A DNA stretch of 64,000 bases. Origin: Octopus bimaculoides. Taxonomy: Eukaryota. This document shows, piece by piece, positions 37,597-50,474 of the stretch; position 1 is the stretch's first letter, and each line of letters starts with the position of its first letter. A model generated the notes under the pieces. It was not told where the DNA came from. It was given only the letters and a program-made list of their open reading frames with translations, and did not search any database. A program made the position numbers and the translations under genes. The stretch is taken from NCBI RefSeq assembly GCF_001194135.2, contig NC_068981.1, forward strand, positions 134,581,465 to 134,645,464, read 5' to 3'.

Positions 37597-37825
37597 ATCA
37601 TCACCATCATCATCATTGTTTAACGTTCGTTTTCCATGCTGGCATGGGTTGGACGATTTGACTGAGGTTTGGAAAGTCAACGGCTGCACCAGGCTCCAAT
37701 CTGATCTGGCAATATTTCTACAGCTGGATGCCCTTCCTAATGCCAACCACTCCAAGAGTGTAGTGGGTGCTTTTTACATGCCACTGGCACAGAAGCTAGT
37801 CAGGCAGCCCTGGCTTTGTGTGTAA
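37597..37825 (-). mobile_element. RTE 3' UTR copy (family C)
   Basis: (CAT)n then gtttaacgttcgtttccatgctggcatgggttggacg...ctggatgcccttcctaatgccaacc. Confidence 0.85.
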
Positions 37826-39336
37826 GTTGTTTCAGAATCCATAAGTCAGGGAAAAATGCACTTGTATATGTCAGTAGAGTGGATATGTTATTATATTATC
37901 CAAAGTGTACAGTATTATATATATATATATCCATTATGGCCGATCTTACCAATCAGTTTCACACTAGAGATTCAACAGAGTGTTAGGTAACAATTCGATT
38001 ATGTANNNNNNNNNNNNNNNNNNNNNNNNNNNNNNNNNNNNNNNNNNNNNNNNNNNNNNNNNNNNNNNNNNNNNNNNNNNNNNNNNNNNNNNNNNNNNNN
38101 NNNNNNNATATATATATATATATATATACACATGTGAATGTATGTTTGTCTTTGTTTGTTCCCCACCATGCTTGACAACCTGTGTCGGTTTGTTTACATC
38201 CCTGTAACTTAGCAGTTTGACAGAAAAGACTGATAAAATAAGTACCAGACTTAAAAATAAGTATTGCGATCAATTTGTTTGACTGAACCCTTCAAAGCAG
38301 TGCCCCAGCATGGTCACTGTCCAATAATTGAAACAAGTAAAAGAAAAGAAAAAAAGAAAAGCTATAACAATGATAGATGTAAATAGATTTAATGAGAAGT
38401 CATTGATCTCAAAAGGCATTGTATAACATGTTCTCTTGTTTGTGTGTGTGTGTGTTTTGCTTTTGTTTGAAATAATATACTCTAATTCTACTGTGATTCA
38501 CTGATGAGGATACTGGCTCAACCAATAATATTATTGCTAACCCAAATTTCATCATTGGTTTTAATCATTTCACTTCACTTTTATTGCTAATGCCGCCAGG
38601 AAAATATTACAGTTGCTAAACTCCCACCACATAGAAACGATCTGAGAAAGTGATAGGAAATTTTCCTCTTGTACACATCCAAGAAAATACTATGACATCA
38701 TTGGAACATGTGGCTGTAAATAAATATGCTAATGAGAGGGAGGGGGTGAGAGAGAGAGTGAGTGTATGGACATGAATTTCTATTTATAATCAGCATTGGC
38801 TTTGTTATTTTGTCTCTATTGTTATTCATCTTAGCAAGCAATTGTTCATATAGTAAAGGTAATGTTATTTTTGTTTTTGTTTTTTTTTCTCCAGTCTGTT
38901 GATTTTCAGTAATAATCGACTCTCCTTTGCATTCAAAATATTTTGTAGTTAGATGTTAAATTCTGACACTAATCACTGGTTCACTGTGTAGAGTTTTTTG
39001 GGTTTTTTTTTAATATATATTTGTTATTTACTTATCAATCTTTTATAGTGACAGTAATTAAACTTTACTGAAGTGCCAGATTTTTGTGATAACTTATATT
39101 TTTAACTGCTTGATGGCTACCTTGTTCTTATTGACATGGATAGGATGTGGCAAGCTGGCAGAATCATTAGTGAGTCAGACAAAATGCTTAGCAGTATTTC
39201 TTCTGGCTCTTTACATTATGAGTTCAAATTCCATTGAGGTTAACTCTGCCTTTCATATGATATTCTTATAAAATCTAGTACCTATTCTCTGAGGGATAAA
39301 GAATTGTTTTGCTGAAACACTTCACAAAACTGGGTA

Positions 39337-39750
39337 TTAACCCCTTTTTAATACCAACCCATCTAAGACTTTGGTTCTATGATATACATTTCCTGTTTTA
39401 CCCCTTTGGCATTTAAACTGGCCATATCTGGCCCCAAAACTGTACCTATTTTATGTGCAGACTAGCCAGATCCAGCTTCTCACACCTATCCTAAAAATAA
39501 ACAATAATGTCATCAAACTTTCAAAGCCACAATACATTTTAAGATTAATTCAAAACTATGTGAATAAATAAGCATTACATTTGACTGATTTGAATACTAA
39601 AGGGTTAAAGTGAGCTACATTAAAATCTATTATGTTAATCTATTTGCTAAACATTAGTAATGAGTTATTTTACTAAATTCTTCATTATTTTCAAAATGAA
39701 TTGAAACAAAACCAATGTAGTTCAACAGAAGTGTAGTAACAAAAGTGTAA
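39337..39750. mobile_element. Second piggyBac-like MITE family (I), host of an E copy at 39397-39608
   Basis: ttaa|cccctttt start; ttattttactaaattcttcattattttcaaaa body shared with 60380-60702, which ends aaaaggggttaa. Confidence 0.6.
39397..39608. mobile_element. piggyBac-like MITE (family E)
   Basis: ttta|cccctttggcattt...aatactaaaggg|ttaa. Confidence 0.75.
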
Positions 39751-42204
39751 ACGCTTGATCTATGGAGTCCAGTATTTTGTCCATTCATTCAGATTCACTT
39801 CTACATTTCTGTAACATTGTAACAGAAAGAATGGATAAAACAATGGACACTTCTATAGAGGAGAGATTTGTTCTCTGCTACTTGATTTTCCCCTTATTCA
39901 AATTGGTGGTTTTAGTTTGATTACATTTTGGGCACACTTTTGTGGATATTATCTAAAATGTCATTTAATAATTGCACATTTATAGGATAGCCTTTTCTGC
40001 TAGCACTAAGTGACTAATGAATTATTTGCAGAACAAGTGAAATGTTTGTGAAGGCAAAACAATGTAGTTATAATAGCAGAAAAAAAAACATTTATAGTAT
40101 TTAATTTGATTAGGGGTTTTGGGGAAGGTTTTTGCTAAGTAATTTTACACCAAGTATAAAAGAAATGTGTATGATTAATTTCAGAACTTTGTATGATTGT
40201 GGTTTATTTTCTGGTGTTTAACTAAACTTTGCTATCGTAAAAGCAAAAACATATTCATAGAAATCAAGAAATTAGTGTTGAGGGAGTTTAAAACATGAAA
40301 AATGTGTCAATTTGCAATGAGTGATATGTTACATTCTTGTGTATGTTTTCATTTTGAGGAATAATTCTGAATATGTTAGTAGAGCCAAATGTTATGATTT
40401 AGTAGAATTATTTGTGAATCTGTTGGGAATTATGTATGTACATATTTCATCATTGTTTTTATGGTAAAATGAATATATTAGATATACTTCTTATCTGATC
40501 AATAGTTAATTTCTGTACTAAGAAAATTTTGGTGGAAATCAAGGCATATACTTTCTCTGTTGTCTTCTCAGACTTTTCCTCATCTAGATCTCACTTGATG
40601 AATAAAATCTTCTGAATACCTTGGTGGTATCTACACAGCTTCTGATTATAGCTGAAAAGACAAGTATATTTATGAATTGTTGCTACATTTGTATGTGCTG
40701 GTTTCAGACTTCTTTCAACAACTCTTCCACTTATGAAACTAAAGACAAATCAGTTTATTTGACATATTTCACATGTTCATTATCTCATTATTATCTAAAA
40801 CTTGCATTTCCACTTTAATTCTCCTATATCACACACAACTTAGCTGTTTTTGTTTTTTGAAACCAGTCGATAAAGCCATCAAGTATTTTCCCTCTTTGTC
40901 CTTCTTTTCAATTTCATTATTGTGACTAAGTGCTCAAGATCTTTCTTTTTTCCCATATAATGTCCAATGAGCTGAACCTGTTCACTTTATAATGTTGGGA
41001 AACTTTCTGGTGGGTTTTGCCCATCTGAGGACCTTGATGTTCATTCTATCTTCAGGTTTTATGCAAAACATGCAACTTCAATTCTATTTTCACAATCATT
41101 AATGTCATAAACTTGCATTTTACTTAGCTTTTATTATTATCAAAGAGATAAAAAAAATTATCTAAATTACCTCCATTGAATTTAGATAGAATTAATCTAA
41201 TTTCATCCTTGCCATTAGTTTGAAATTAGTAAAATATATATCTTGCAAATAAGATTTGACATTATAAAACAAACTAAGGCAGAAGAAAAGAGCAAGCCTA
41301 GTGTGTGAGCTCAAACTACATGTCTTGACAATTACTGTACAGAGCATATACCATTTTCTTTTTCACAAACTACCTGCTATAAATGACTGTTTCTCTTGTT
41401 ATGTTAACTGTATTTAACTCTATAAGCATTTCACTGGTTTCACTAATAATTCATCAGCCACTCAGTGCTAACCAGAGCAGTTATCTTACTAATATCCAAA
41501 TATCTTGATAACATCTAAGATGATATCTACAAATGCTCCCCAAAATGTAATTCCTGTCCTAATGAGTTTTCAACATATATCTCTCTTTTAAACATGGAGT
41601 ACCCTAGTGAGCCGTTTATACTAGGGAAATAATCATTTCTTCATAATATTTAGCAGGATTGGAAGTTTGAATTAAGAAATAAAGAAGATGCATAGAATGT
41701 ACATATTTATTTATTTGTTTATTTTGCCTACTTATGAAGGTTTTCAAATATCTTTGAAATTTGCTTGTCAGAGGCAAAAGCACACACTTTGGACTTCATC
41801 TAAAATTTCCTTTGGCTTCATTCCAACTGATCCAACAGCACAACTTTCTCCATGGTCACTTGACCTACAAGAAATCCCAGCCAAATATCCCTCAAATCAT
41901 ATGTTTCCACTTTGAAATAGGATGGCCAGATTGGATAATGTACTTCTGCATATGCTATACCTTGACAGAATAGACATGGCTCAAACAGAGCTGTTTGCTT
42001 TAAGATGAACTGAGGTTAACAAGAACAGTAGCAATCTACTTTAAACTCAGTAACCATGAAACTACATGGTACACTTGAAGAAAGTAGAGCCTTCTGACTT
42101 ATATAGCTTCCACTCCATCATTCTTATTGCCAATATTTCTTAGTTGAAGGGTTCAAAAGCTTTTAACTATTTTGTGTAGTAGCTTAAAGTTTGCTTTTGC
42201 GTTT

Positions 42205-42309
42205 GGAGTGTAGTTGAGAGGCTCACTTTGCAATGGTTTTGGGCCTAGTCTTTCTATGCAGCACCTTGAGTAAGTGCCTTTTGTTATAGCCATGGGTTCT
42301 CTCTCTCTA

Positions 42310-42359
<50 letters not shown>

Positions 42360-42368
42360 TCTCACTCA

Positions 42369-42416
<48 letters not shown>

Positions 42417-42650
42417 AATTGGTGGGTAGATATGTCTATGTGTATGTCTTTGCAACTGTGTTTGTACCCACACATTCACACTTGACAACACTGGTGTTAG
42501 TTTGTTTACATTTCCGTACATTGCAGTTCAGCAAAAGAGACCGATAGGATATGTATCAGAAAGTACTGAGGTCAATTTGTTTGACTAAACCCTTCAAGGC
42601 AGTGCCCCAGCATGGCTGCAGTCCAATGAGTGAAACAAGTAAAAGAGAAA
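42205..42650 (+). mobile_element. SINE-B with inserted (CT)n(CA)n tract
   Basis: B head, body and tail gcagtgccccagcatggctgcagtccaatgagtgaaacaagtaaaagag. Confidence 0.75.
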
Positions 42651-43046
42651 AGCTGCCTTTGAAAGTGTAGAACTTGCATATAATTTTGTTGACAGGAAGT
42701 TTTAACCAACAAACATCACCATTTATAGCAACATCTTTCCATAGTAATGGAAGATGTAAAAACTTTTCAAATCAAATCACCAAATATGGAATGTGCATTT
42801 GTGACTTGAAGGGAGAGAGTGAGGAAAGACTGAGTTAGTGGAATTTTCTGCAAATAATTGGACATGTAATAAATGAAAAGAAAATGACACCAAAATAAAA
42901 CAAAATATTACAGCACAGCATATATATAAAATAATAAAACACCTGCTCATGTGATTAAATTTCTTTTATTATATTGTTATATTTATTTTTTGCCACATAA
43001 TTTAGTTTGTTTTGAGTCATTCATATTATTATTATGATACCAGCTG

Positions 43047-43244
43047 AGTTAGCATACCAGGCAAAATGCTAAGCCGTATTTCAGCAGTCGCTATGTTCTG
43101 AGTTCAAATTCCGCTGGAGTCAACTTTGCCTTTCATCCTTTCGAGGCTGATAAATTAAGTACCAGTTGAGTACTGGGATCAATGTAATCGACTCTCCTTC
43201 TCCCCCAAATTTCAGGCCATGTGCCTATAATAGAAAGGATTATT
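43047..43244 (+). mobile_element. 5'-clipped SINE-A with 10-bp TSD
   Basis: TSD ataccagctg (43037-43046) / ataccagttg (43245-43254). Confidence 0.8.
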
Positions 43245-43488
43245 ATACCAGTTGAAGTAGGTGTTGGACTGCCTTTATACCTGTTTTACTCTAACTGTTG
43301 AGTGTATGTCAGTGGTTTCTAATGGTTGTGGTGTTAGCTACTACCAAATACATGTATGTAAAGGGTATTCAAAATAGAACAAATTTCAATGGATGCACTT
43401 CAGCCTCCCTCGCACCACCTACCTACTCACCCACCTCACTCTCTCCTCCCTCCCCCTCCCTCACTTTCTCTCCACTCTTTCTCTCTTC

Positions 43489-43531
<43 letters not shown>

Positions 43532-43600
43532 ATATATATGTGAATGTGTGTAAAGAAAATGGTAGCATGATTAGTTCCATTATCAAAATCATTAGTACTT

Positions 43601-43953
43601 TAATCTTTTATCTTTCACTCATTGGATTGTGCCCATGCTGGGGCACCACTTAAAAGGGTTTAATTGAACAAATCAACGCCAGTTGATATTTATTTTACTG
43701 ACCGATTTTGTCAAACCGCTAAGTTGCAGACATAAACAAACCAACACTGGTTGTCAAGTGATGGTGGAGACAAACACACACACACACACACATATACATG
43801 CACAACAGGCTTTCACACAGTTTTCATCTACCAAATTCACTCACAAGGCAGTGGTTGAATTGAGGCTATAATAAAAGAGACTTGCCCAAGGTGCCATGCA
43901 AAGGGACTGAACCCAAAACCACATGGTTACACAACAAGCTTTTTAACCATGCC
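43601..43953 (-). mobile_element. SINE-B
   Basis: Reverse-complement B, including cttgcccaaggtgccatgc...gggactgaacc. Confidence 0.8.
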
Positions 43954-44972
43954 AGTGTATATTTAGCATTTTTGTATGTGTAAGTTTTATTCTTCACAAA
44001 TCGATGTTAAATGATTGACTTAAATGATGCCATTGCTAAGCTACAATCTGCAGAGAAAATTAGCTAATAAAACGTTATTATATAGCTAATTGATCATTTT
44101 GGTGCCAAATAACCTATAATCACCATTCACTTTTGTTTGAACAGTTTTGTTCTTTCTTTTTTTTTTATAAAGATACAAAAGTCAGTAGTTACAATTTTGT
44201 TTCTAGTTGTTTTGTCGAACGAGAACAGAATGTGCAAGCATGTGTGTGTAATGTAAACATAATATATATACACATGTATATATATATGTATGTATGTGTA
44301 TATATACATAATATATATATATATATATATCTATATATAGATGCACACCTGTATATGTGTGTGTGTGTGCGTATGATATATATGCATATTTATATATATA
44401 TATATTCACGGCAGCTTTCGTCCTAATTTTGGGACTGCCATGTTGGCTTGGCGATAACTATTAATTTCCAGTACCGCTGCCGTAGTCTCCTTTAGAGAGA
44501 CTTAGAAATATTAATAACTCTATATATATATAATTATAGNNNNNNNNNNNNNNNNNNNNNNNNNNNNNNNNNNNNNNNNNNNNNNNNNNNNNNNNNNNNN
44601 NNNNNNNNNNNNNNNNNNNNNNNNNNNNNNNNNNNNNNNNNNNNNNNNNNNNNNNNNNNNNNNNNNNNNNNNNNNNNNNNNNNNNNNNNNNNNNNNNNNN
44701 NNNNNNNNNNNNNNNNNNNNNNNNNNNNNNNNNNNNNNNNNNNNNNNNNNNNNNNNNNNNNNNNNNTTATATATATATATATTCACGGCAGCTTTCGTCC
44801 TAATTTTGGGACTGCCATGTTGGCTTGGCGATAACTATTAATTTCCAGTACCGCTGCCGTAGTCTCCTTTAGAGAGACTTAGAAATATTAATAACTCTAT
44901 ATATATATAATTATAGTCAAACCGTGCCAATATGGAATATGGACATTAAATGATGATGATGTGTGAGTGTGT

Positions 44973-45007
<35 letters not shown>

Positions 45008-46085
45008 TCATTTTATTGAGGAAATAAATATTAAGTGACATTTGATTGTACCTGACCTTGTGCAGCAAAGTACAGTAACTAAAACGTGACACAAATTTAG
45101 CACTAAAATCTTAAATGATTTTAAATTCAATTTGAATACATTTTGTGGCAAAAATCTATTATTTACACTCGGAAAAATTATATTGATGGGTATTTAAAGA
45201 GACAATAATTTGTGTCCAAATTTACACAAGGAAAATGTGAAAAATTGCATTGCGAAAAGAGAGAGTTTGAAGTTACATTAAAAGATTAAATGAAATAACT
45301 AAAACACAAATTTTCTGCAGATAGTTGGAAAGTTATATTTTATAATCAGCAAAGTATAAGTAGATATGAGTCAAATTTATGCCATCATCCTTTATGTTAT
45401 GAGGGAAAAATCTAATTAATAAGTGATATTTATGCAGTGAAGAAAGAAAATCAATTAGCTTAGAGATTAATATTATTTTAATCTATAGATATTTTAATCC
45501 AGATAAGTAGATAAACTAAATGCTTTGCATTGTTTCATCTCATCTATAATTATCATGAATCCAAATCTTGTCTTTCAACATTTCAAACTAGATAAAATAA
45601 GTACCAGTTATATATTGGAAAATCATTATTGTTGTCACCATTCGATGTCCATTTTCCATATTGGCATGGGTTAGATAGTTTGACAGGTGCTGGCAAGCCA
45701 GAGGACTGCACCAATATACTGAATCTACTGGATGTTTTTTTTTTTTATGTGGCACCAGCACCAGTGGGGTCACCTATTAACTTGCTTAACAAAAAAGCCC
45801 TCTCAGCTGAGCAGGAGAGTAGTAAGGAGTGTGGTTTTATGCTAGGTGATGATGATAAGTTAAAATATAATAGAGGCACAGGAACAGTGTCTTACTGAAG
45901 GGAGAATACATGGTTACACTAGTTGGTAAAGAGACAGGAGAGAAAGAAAGAGAGAGAGCAAGAAAGAAAGAAGAGGGTGATGATGTGTCAGCAGGGCATA
46001 CTGTCAAGTTACAAGGAGGTAATGAATGAAAACAGAGAAAAAATAAATATTGTTTTAGTTTAACATAAAAGAAGGAAGAGGAAAA

Positions 46086-46128
46086 ACTTTTAACGTTTTA
46101 GATATTAGTCCTTCATCAGAGGAAAAGT
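46086..46128 (-). ncRNA. Decayed Penelope-type minimal hammerhead-like motif
   Basis: Minus strand cctCTGATGAaggactaatatctAAAACGTTaaaag fits CTGANGA-AGG..CC-GAAAC-GTY if ccg has become cta (CpG decay). The catalytic GAAA is lost. Confidence 0.45.
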
Positions 46129-47141
46129 ACAGAAGTGAGAAAGAGGGGGGGGGTGATAAGGGAAAAAATCAAACAAGGGGTTAGGAGCCTAGCGGGAATG
46201 TGGTTGTAGTGACGTCATTTTGAGGGTCTCCAGCACGCATGCACAGGGTTGGAATCTTCTGGAAGGCCTGCAAAAGGTCCCTGATGCGCATGCGCAGAAA
46301 ACTAGCAGCAGCAAAGTTCTCTTGTATCTCGGACTCGAGATGCAGCAGCTGAACTATGCAGACGTGTCCTCAACAGCTCTCTGTTTACCTCTGCTGCTGA
46401 CCTGAGACACTCGGTACCATCTCCGTGTAGCTGGAGTTCTGTGAAGAATGCCTTCACAAAGTATGATTAACTCCGACTTTGCTGCTTCCACACCAGACCT
46501 GGCTACTGATTGTCCCAAGGTGTAAATCTTCTGTTTCATGCTTCCACACTTGAGGGGGAGCCTTGTAGTGATGGTACTACATGGTTCTTGGTAGATGGAG
46601 AGTTAGAAAGGGAGGAGGGGTGGGGTGTGCAATTTTTTTTTTCTCCCTTTCTCTGTTTCTTGAGTCTTTCCAGGAAGAAAATCCCTCAGATAGTTCTTAC
46701 TGCTAACATGTAACAGCTAACCTTGTGGGTTTTTCTTTCCATACTCTTGATGGGGCACAGCTTCAGTATGGTTCTGTGGTCCTCCAGTGTTATTCTGATC
46801 ACCTTCCATTCTTGGTTACCACAGCCCTCTCCACCAGCCCATACTTTACCCCAAAGGCAGCAGCAAACCAAAGCTTAGCATCATTGTCAATATCTTTGAC
46901 TGTGACTCTTGTGTTTTGTTAATCCAAGTTTTGCAGCACCAGTACTGCAGGTGTATGGTACACCTACTTAACCTGCTTCTTTACTCCATCTTCAATTTTA
47001 AGAAACAGTCATACAAGTTACCTGCAATTGTGATCTCAAGAGCTTGAGGAAACTTGCTCCACCTTTGACCATACAGATGGAAGTTACTTTTCTCCTTTCT
47101 CACTTTTTAATGAAACGTTCTGGCGAAGAGTTGCTTTTTTG

Positions 47142-47180
<39 letters not shown>

Positions 47181-47514
47181 CTGATTACAAAACTATTAAG
47201 TGAAATATTTTTCTTGGCTAAGTAGTTCATGTTCAAAATCGACATGTCACTAGCTGCATGAACAAAGAAAATTATTGTTGTCATTTATTTTTTTTATTAG
47301 ATGTGTGTGCGCACATGCGCATGTGTGTGTGTGTGTGTGCATTGTTATTGCTATTTTTGTTTATATCATGGGAACTTGTGTTTCTGGATATTAAATTGTA
47401 ACCACCTGTATTTAAGAGAATATTGGTATAAAAAATGATAATCTCCTTGAACGAACATCATATGATGATTGTAAATGAGTGTAACTTTCACTTCTGATCA
47501 CCATGGAGAAATAT

Positions 47515-47730
47515 TGGCTTCAAATTTTGGCACAAGGCCAGTAATTTCAAGGAAATGGGTAAATTAGTTACACCAACACCAGTGCTCAGCTGGTACTTAT
47601 TTTATCAAGCCTAAAAGGATGAAATGCAAAGTCAACTCCTCCAGAATTTGAACTCAGATCGTAGAGATGGACAAAATACTGCTAAGAATTTTGCCTGGTG
47701 TGCTAGCAGTTCTGCCAACTCTCCACCTTA
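47515..47730 (-). mobile_element. SINE-A
   Basis: ttttggcacaaggcc...gaatttgaactcag...ttctgccaactctccacctta. Confidence 0.75.
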
Positions 47731-47986
47731 AACCATGGAGAAATAGTATCTTGATTAGAAATAAGGAAACAAATGAGAGTTGGCATCAGGGAGGTTATTC
47801 ATCCAACCATAGAAAATCTGCCTCAACAAAGTCCATCTGACCCATGCAAACATCAAAAAGTATATGTTAAAAATTGACCTTGGCAGAATTGGAACTCAGA
47901 ATGTAAAGACAGACAAAATGCCACTAAGCATTTTGCCTGGCATGCTAATGATTCAGTCAATTGGCTGCCTTAATAATAATAATGAT

Positions 47987-48360
47987 AACAAGAACACTCA
48001 GAGGGCGCAAACGTCCACCAAGGCAACACCAACATCCTCTCAATGATTAACCAAAGATGATTTTTAAAATGAGAATATCTGAAATAAAATCTACTGCTCT
48101 CACAAACAAGAATACTAAAATTGAACCCAACCACTCTCAAAAATTAAGTAAAAAAAAAGAAATGCAGGAAAAATAATTCAGAACTCTTGTCCAGTACCGG
48201 ATTGATTTCAAAATCTAACCAGTTTGTGCCAGTCACGAGGTTTAACATCCCTGAAAGATGAATCCAAATCCATCCAGCGATTCTTGAGATAGCTTGTCCA
48301 CAGACAAACAAACAAACACAACTAGAAATAATACCTCTGCCTTTGCTAAGGCAGAGGTAA
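47987..48360 (+). mobile_element. Helentron-associated HINE/DINE-1-like element
   Basis: Starts acaagaacactcagagggcgcaaacgtccaccaagg, has a (CAAA)n tract, and ends in a perfect 12-bp stem-loop tacctctgcctt-tgct-aaggcagaggta (48332-48359). Confidence 0.65.
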
Positions 48361-48494
48361 TAATGGACTCTCCTGTCAAAGATGATGTATGAGTGTTCAG
48401 CTTTTGCCGAACAACCTGCACAAATGATTTGTTTATAGTGATCAAATGTATGTGCTGTTCATTAGCTCACTCCCAGCATCAAATCAATGTTGCC

Positions 48495-48653
48495 CGAACA
48501 GATGCATGGTGTATCAGGTGTCAAAGTGATCGCAGAGCAATGTGAGATGAACTGTTTTGCTCAAGAACACAATGCACCACCCGGTGTAGGAATTGAAATC
48601 ATGATCTCGTGATTGTGAGTACAACACCCTAACCACTAGGCCATGCATCCTCA
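48495..48653 (-). mobile_element. SINE-D-type head
   Basis: Minus strand gaggatgcatggcctagtggttagggtg...gatttcaattcc...tgtgttcttgagcaaaac. Confidence 0.7.
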
Positions 48654-48733
48654 CAATAATAATAATGATAATAATAATTTCGTTTTTGGATTTGGTTTGC
48701 AAGACTCTTTATGTGAGTTTGTGTGTTAAAGCA

Positions 48734-48998
48734 TATTTTGTTGTGTCTGGGGAGAGTCATTCTCTTTTAGTGCCTTATTATTTAACACATTCACTGGTAA
48801 AGTTTCCACTCATTTACATATTTATTTTTCCTAAAATTTTCATTGCGTCTTGCAACCGTTTCAATAGTTTGACTATTGAAAAGATTGCAAGATGCAACAA
48901 AACTTTTAAGAAAAATAAATGAGTAGTAAATTTACCGGTAAGTGTGTTAAATAATAAGGTACTAAAAGAGAATGACTCTCCCCAGACACAACAAAATA
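48734..48998. mobile_element. ~265-bp fully palindromic MITE with TA ends
   Basis: ta|ttttgttgtgtctggggagagtcattctcttttagt...actaaaagagaatgactctccccagacacaacaaaa|ta. The arms pair almost to the centre (tcaatagt-ttg-actattga, ~48870). Confidence 0.85.
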
Positions 48999-49006
48999 AT
49001 AATAAT

Positions 49007-49868
49007 CCTTTCTACTAAAGGCACAAGGCTTGAAATTTTAGTGGGGAGGGGGCTGATCAAATAAATCAATCCCCAGAACTCAGCCACAAAATGATGAAAA
49101 ATAAAGTCAGCTTCAGTGGCATTTGAACTCAGAACATAAAGGCAGATGATAAAATGCCACTAAGCATTTCATCCAGTGTGCTAATGAATCTGCCAGCTCA
49201 CCTTAATAAGAATAATAATAATAATAATCTTTTCTACTCCAGGCACAAGGCCCGAAATTTTTGGGGAGAGGCCAGTCGATTAGATCAGCCCCATTTGCAA
49301 CTAGTACTTAATTTATCGACCCCAAAAGGATGAAAGGCAAAGTTGACCTTGGTGGAATTTGAACTCAGAACATAAAGACAGATGAAATACCGCTAAGCAT
49401 TTTGCCTGGCATGCAAACATTTCTGCTAGCTCTCCACCTTAATGATAATAATAATCTTTTCTACTCTAGGCACAAGGCCTGAAATTTTGGGGGAGGGGGT
49501 CAGTCGATTAGATCATCCCCAGTATGCAACTGGTATTTAATTTATCAATCCCGAAAGGATGAAAGGCAAAGTTGGCCTTGGCAGAATTTGAACTCAGAGC
49601 ATGAAGACAGACGAAATACCACTAAGTATTTCACCCAGTGTGATAACATTTCTGCCAGCTCGCTGCCTTAATAATAATAATAATTCTTTCTAATTTTGGC
49701 ACAAGGCTAACAATTTTTAGGGGAAGAGCAAGTCGATTACATTGACCCTGAAAGGATGAAATGGCTAAGTCAACCTTGGTGGAATCTGAACTCAGAATGC
49801 AATGAGTCTAGAGAAATACTGCAGAGCACTTTTTTCTGATGCTCTAACAATTCTGCCATCTCACTGCC

Positions 49869-49942
<74 letters not shown>

Positions 49943-50443
49943 CCTTTCTACTATAGGCATAAGGCCTGAAATTTGGGGGAGGGGACTAGGTGATTACATC
50001 AACCCCCAGCACTTGACTGATACTTATTCCATCAACCCTGAAAGGATGAAAAGCAAAGTTGACTTTGACGGAATTTGAACTCAGAACGTTACGGAAAATG
50101 AAATACCTCTCAGCATTTCACCCAGCATGCTAATGATTTTGTCAGTTCACTGCCTTCTTAATAAAAATAATCTTTTCTACTCTAGGCACAAGGCCCGAAA
50201 TTTTTTGGGGATGGGGCCAGTCAATTAGATTGACCCCAATACACAACTGGTACTTAATTTATCAATCCCGTAAAGATAAAAGACAAAGTCAACCTTGGCG
50301 GAATTTGAACTCAGAATGTTGCAGCAGACGAAATACCACTAAACATTTCACCCGGTATACTAATGATTCTGCCAGCTTGCCTTCTTCTTCTTCTTCTTCT
50401 TCTTCTTCTTCTTCTTCTTCTTCGTCTTCTTCTTCTTCTTCTT

Positions 50444-50474
<31 letters not shown>

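Noticed and set aside
40620-40651. 32-nt minus-strand candidate exon (ttgtcttttcag| ... aag|gtattc)
   Set aside because: The splice-like sites are plausible, but the peptide is too short to recognise and has no supported partner exons.
44406-44916. Identical ~140-bp sequence on both sides of gap 44540-44766
   Set aside because: Exact duplication flanking an N-gap and bounded by (TA)n is most simply an unmerged contig overlap, not a true tandem repeat.
47143-47180. 38-nt poly-T as a retrocopy poly(A) tail
   Set aside because: No adjacent recognisable mRNA or LINE 3' end, polyadenylation signal or TSD.
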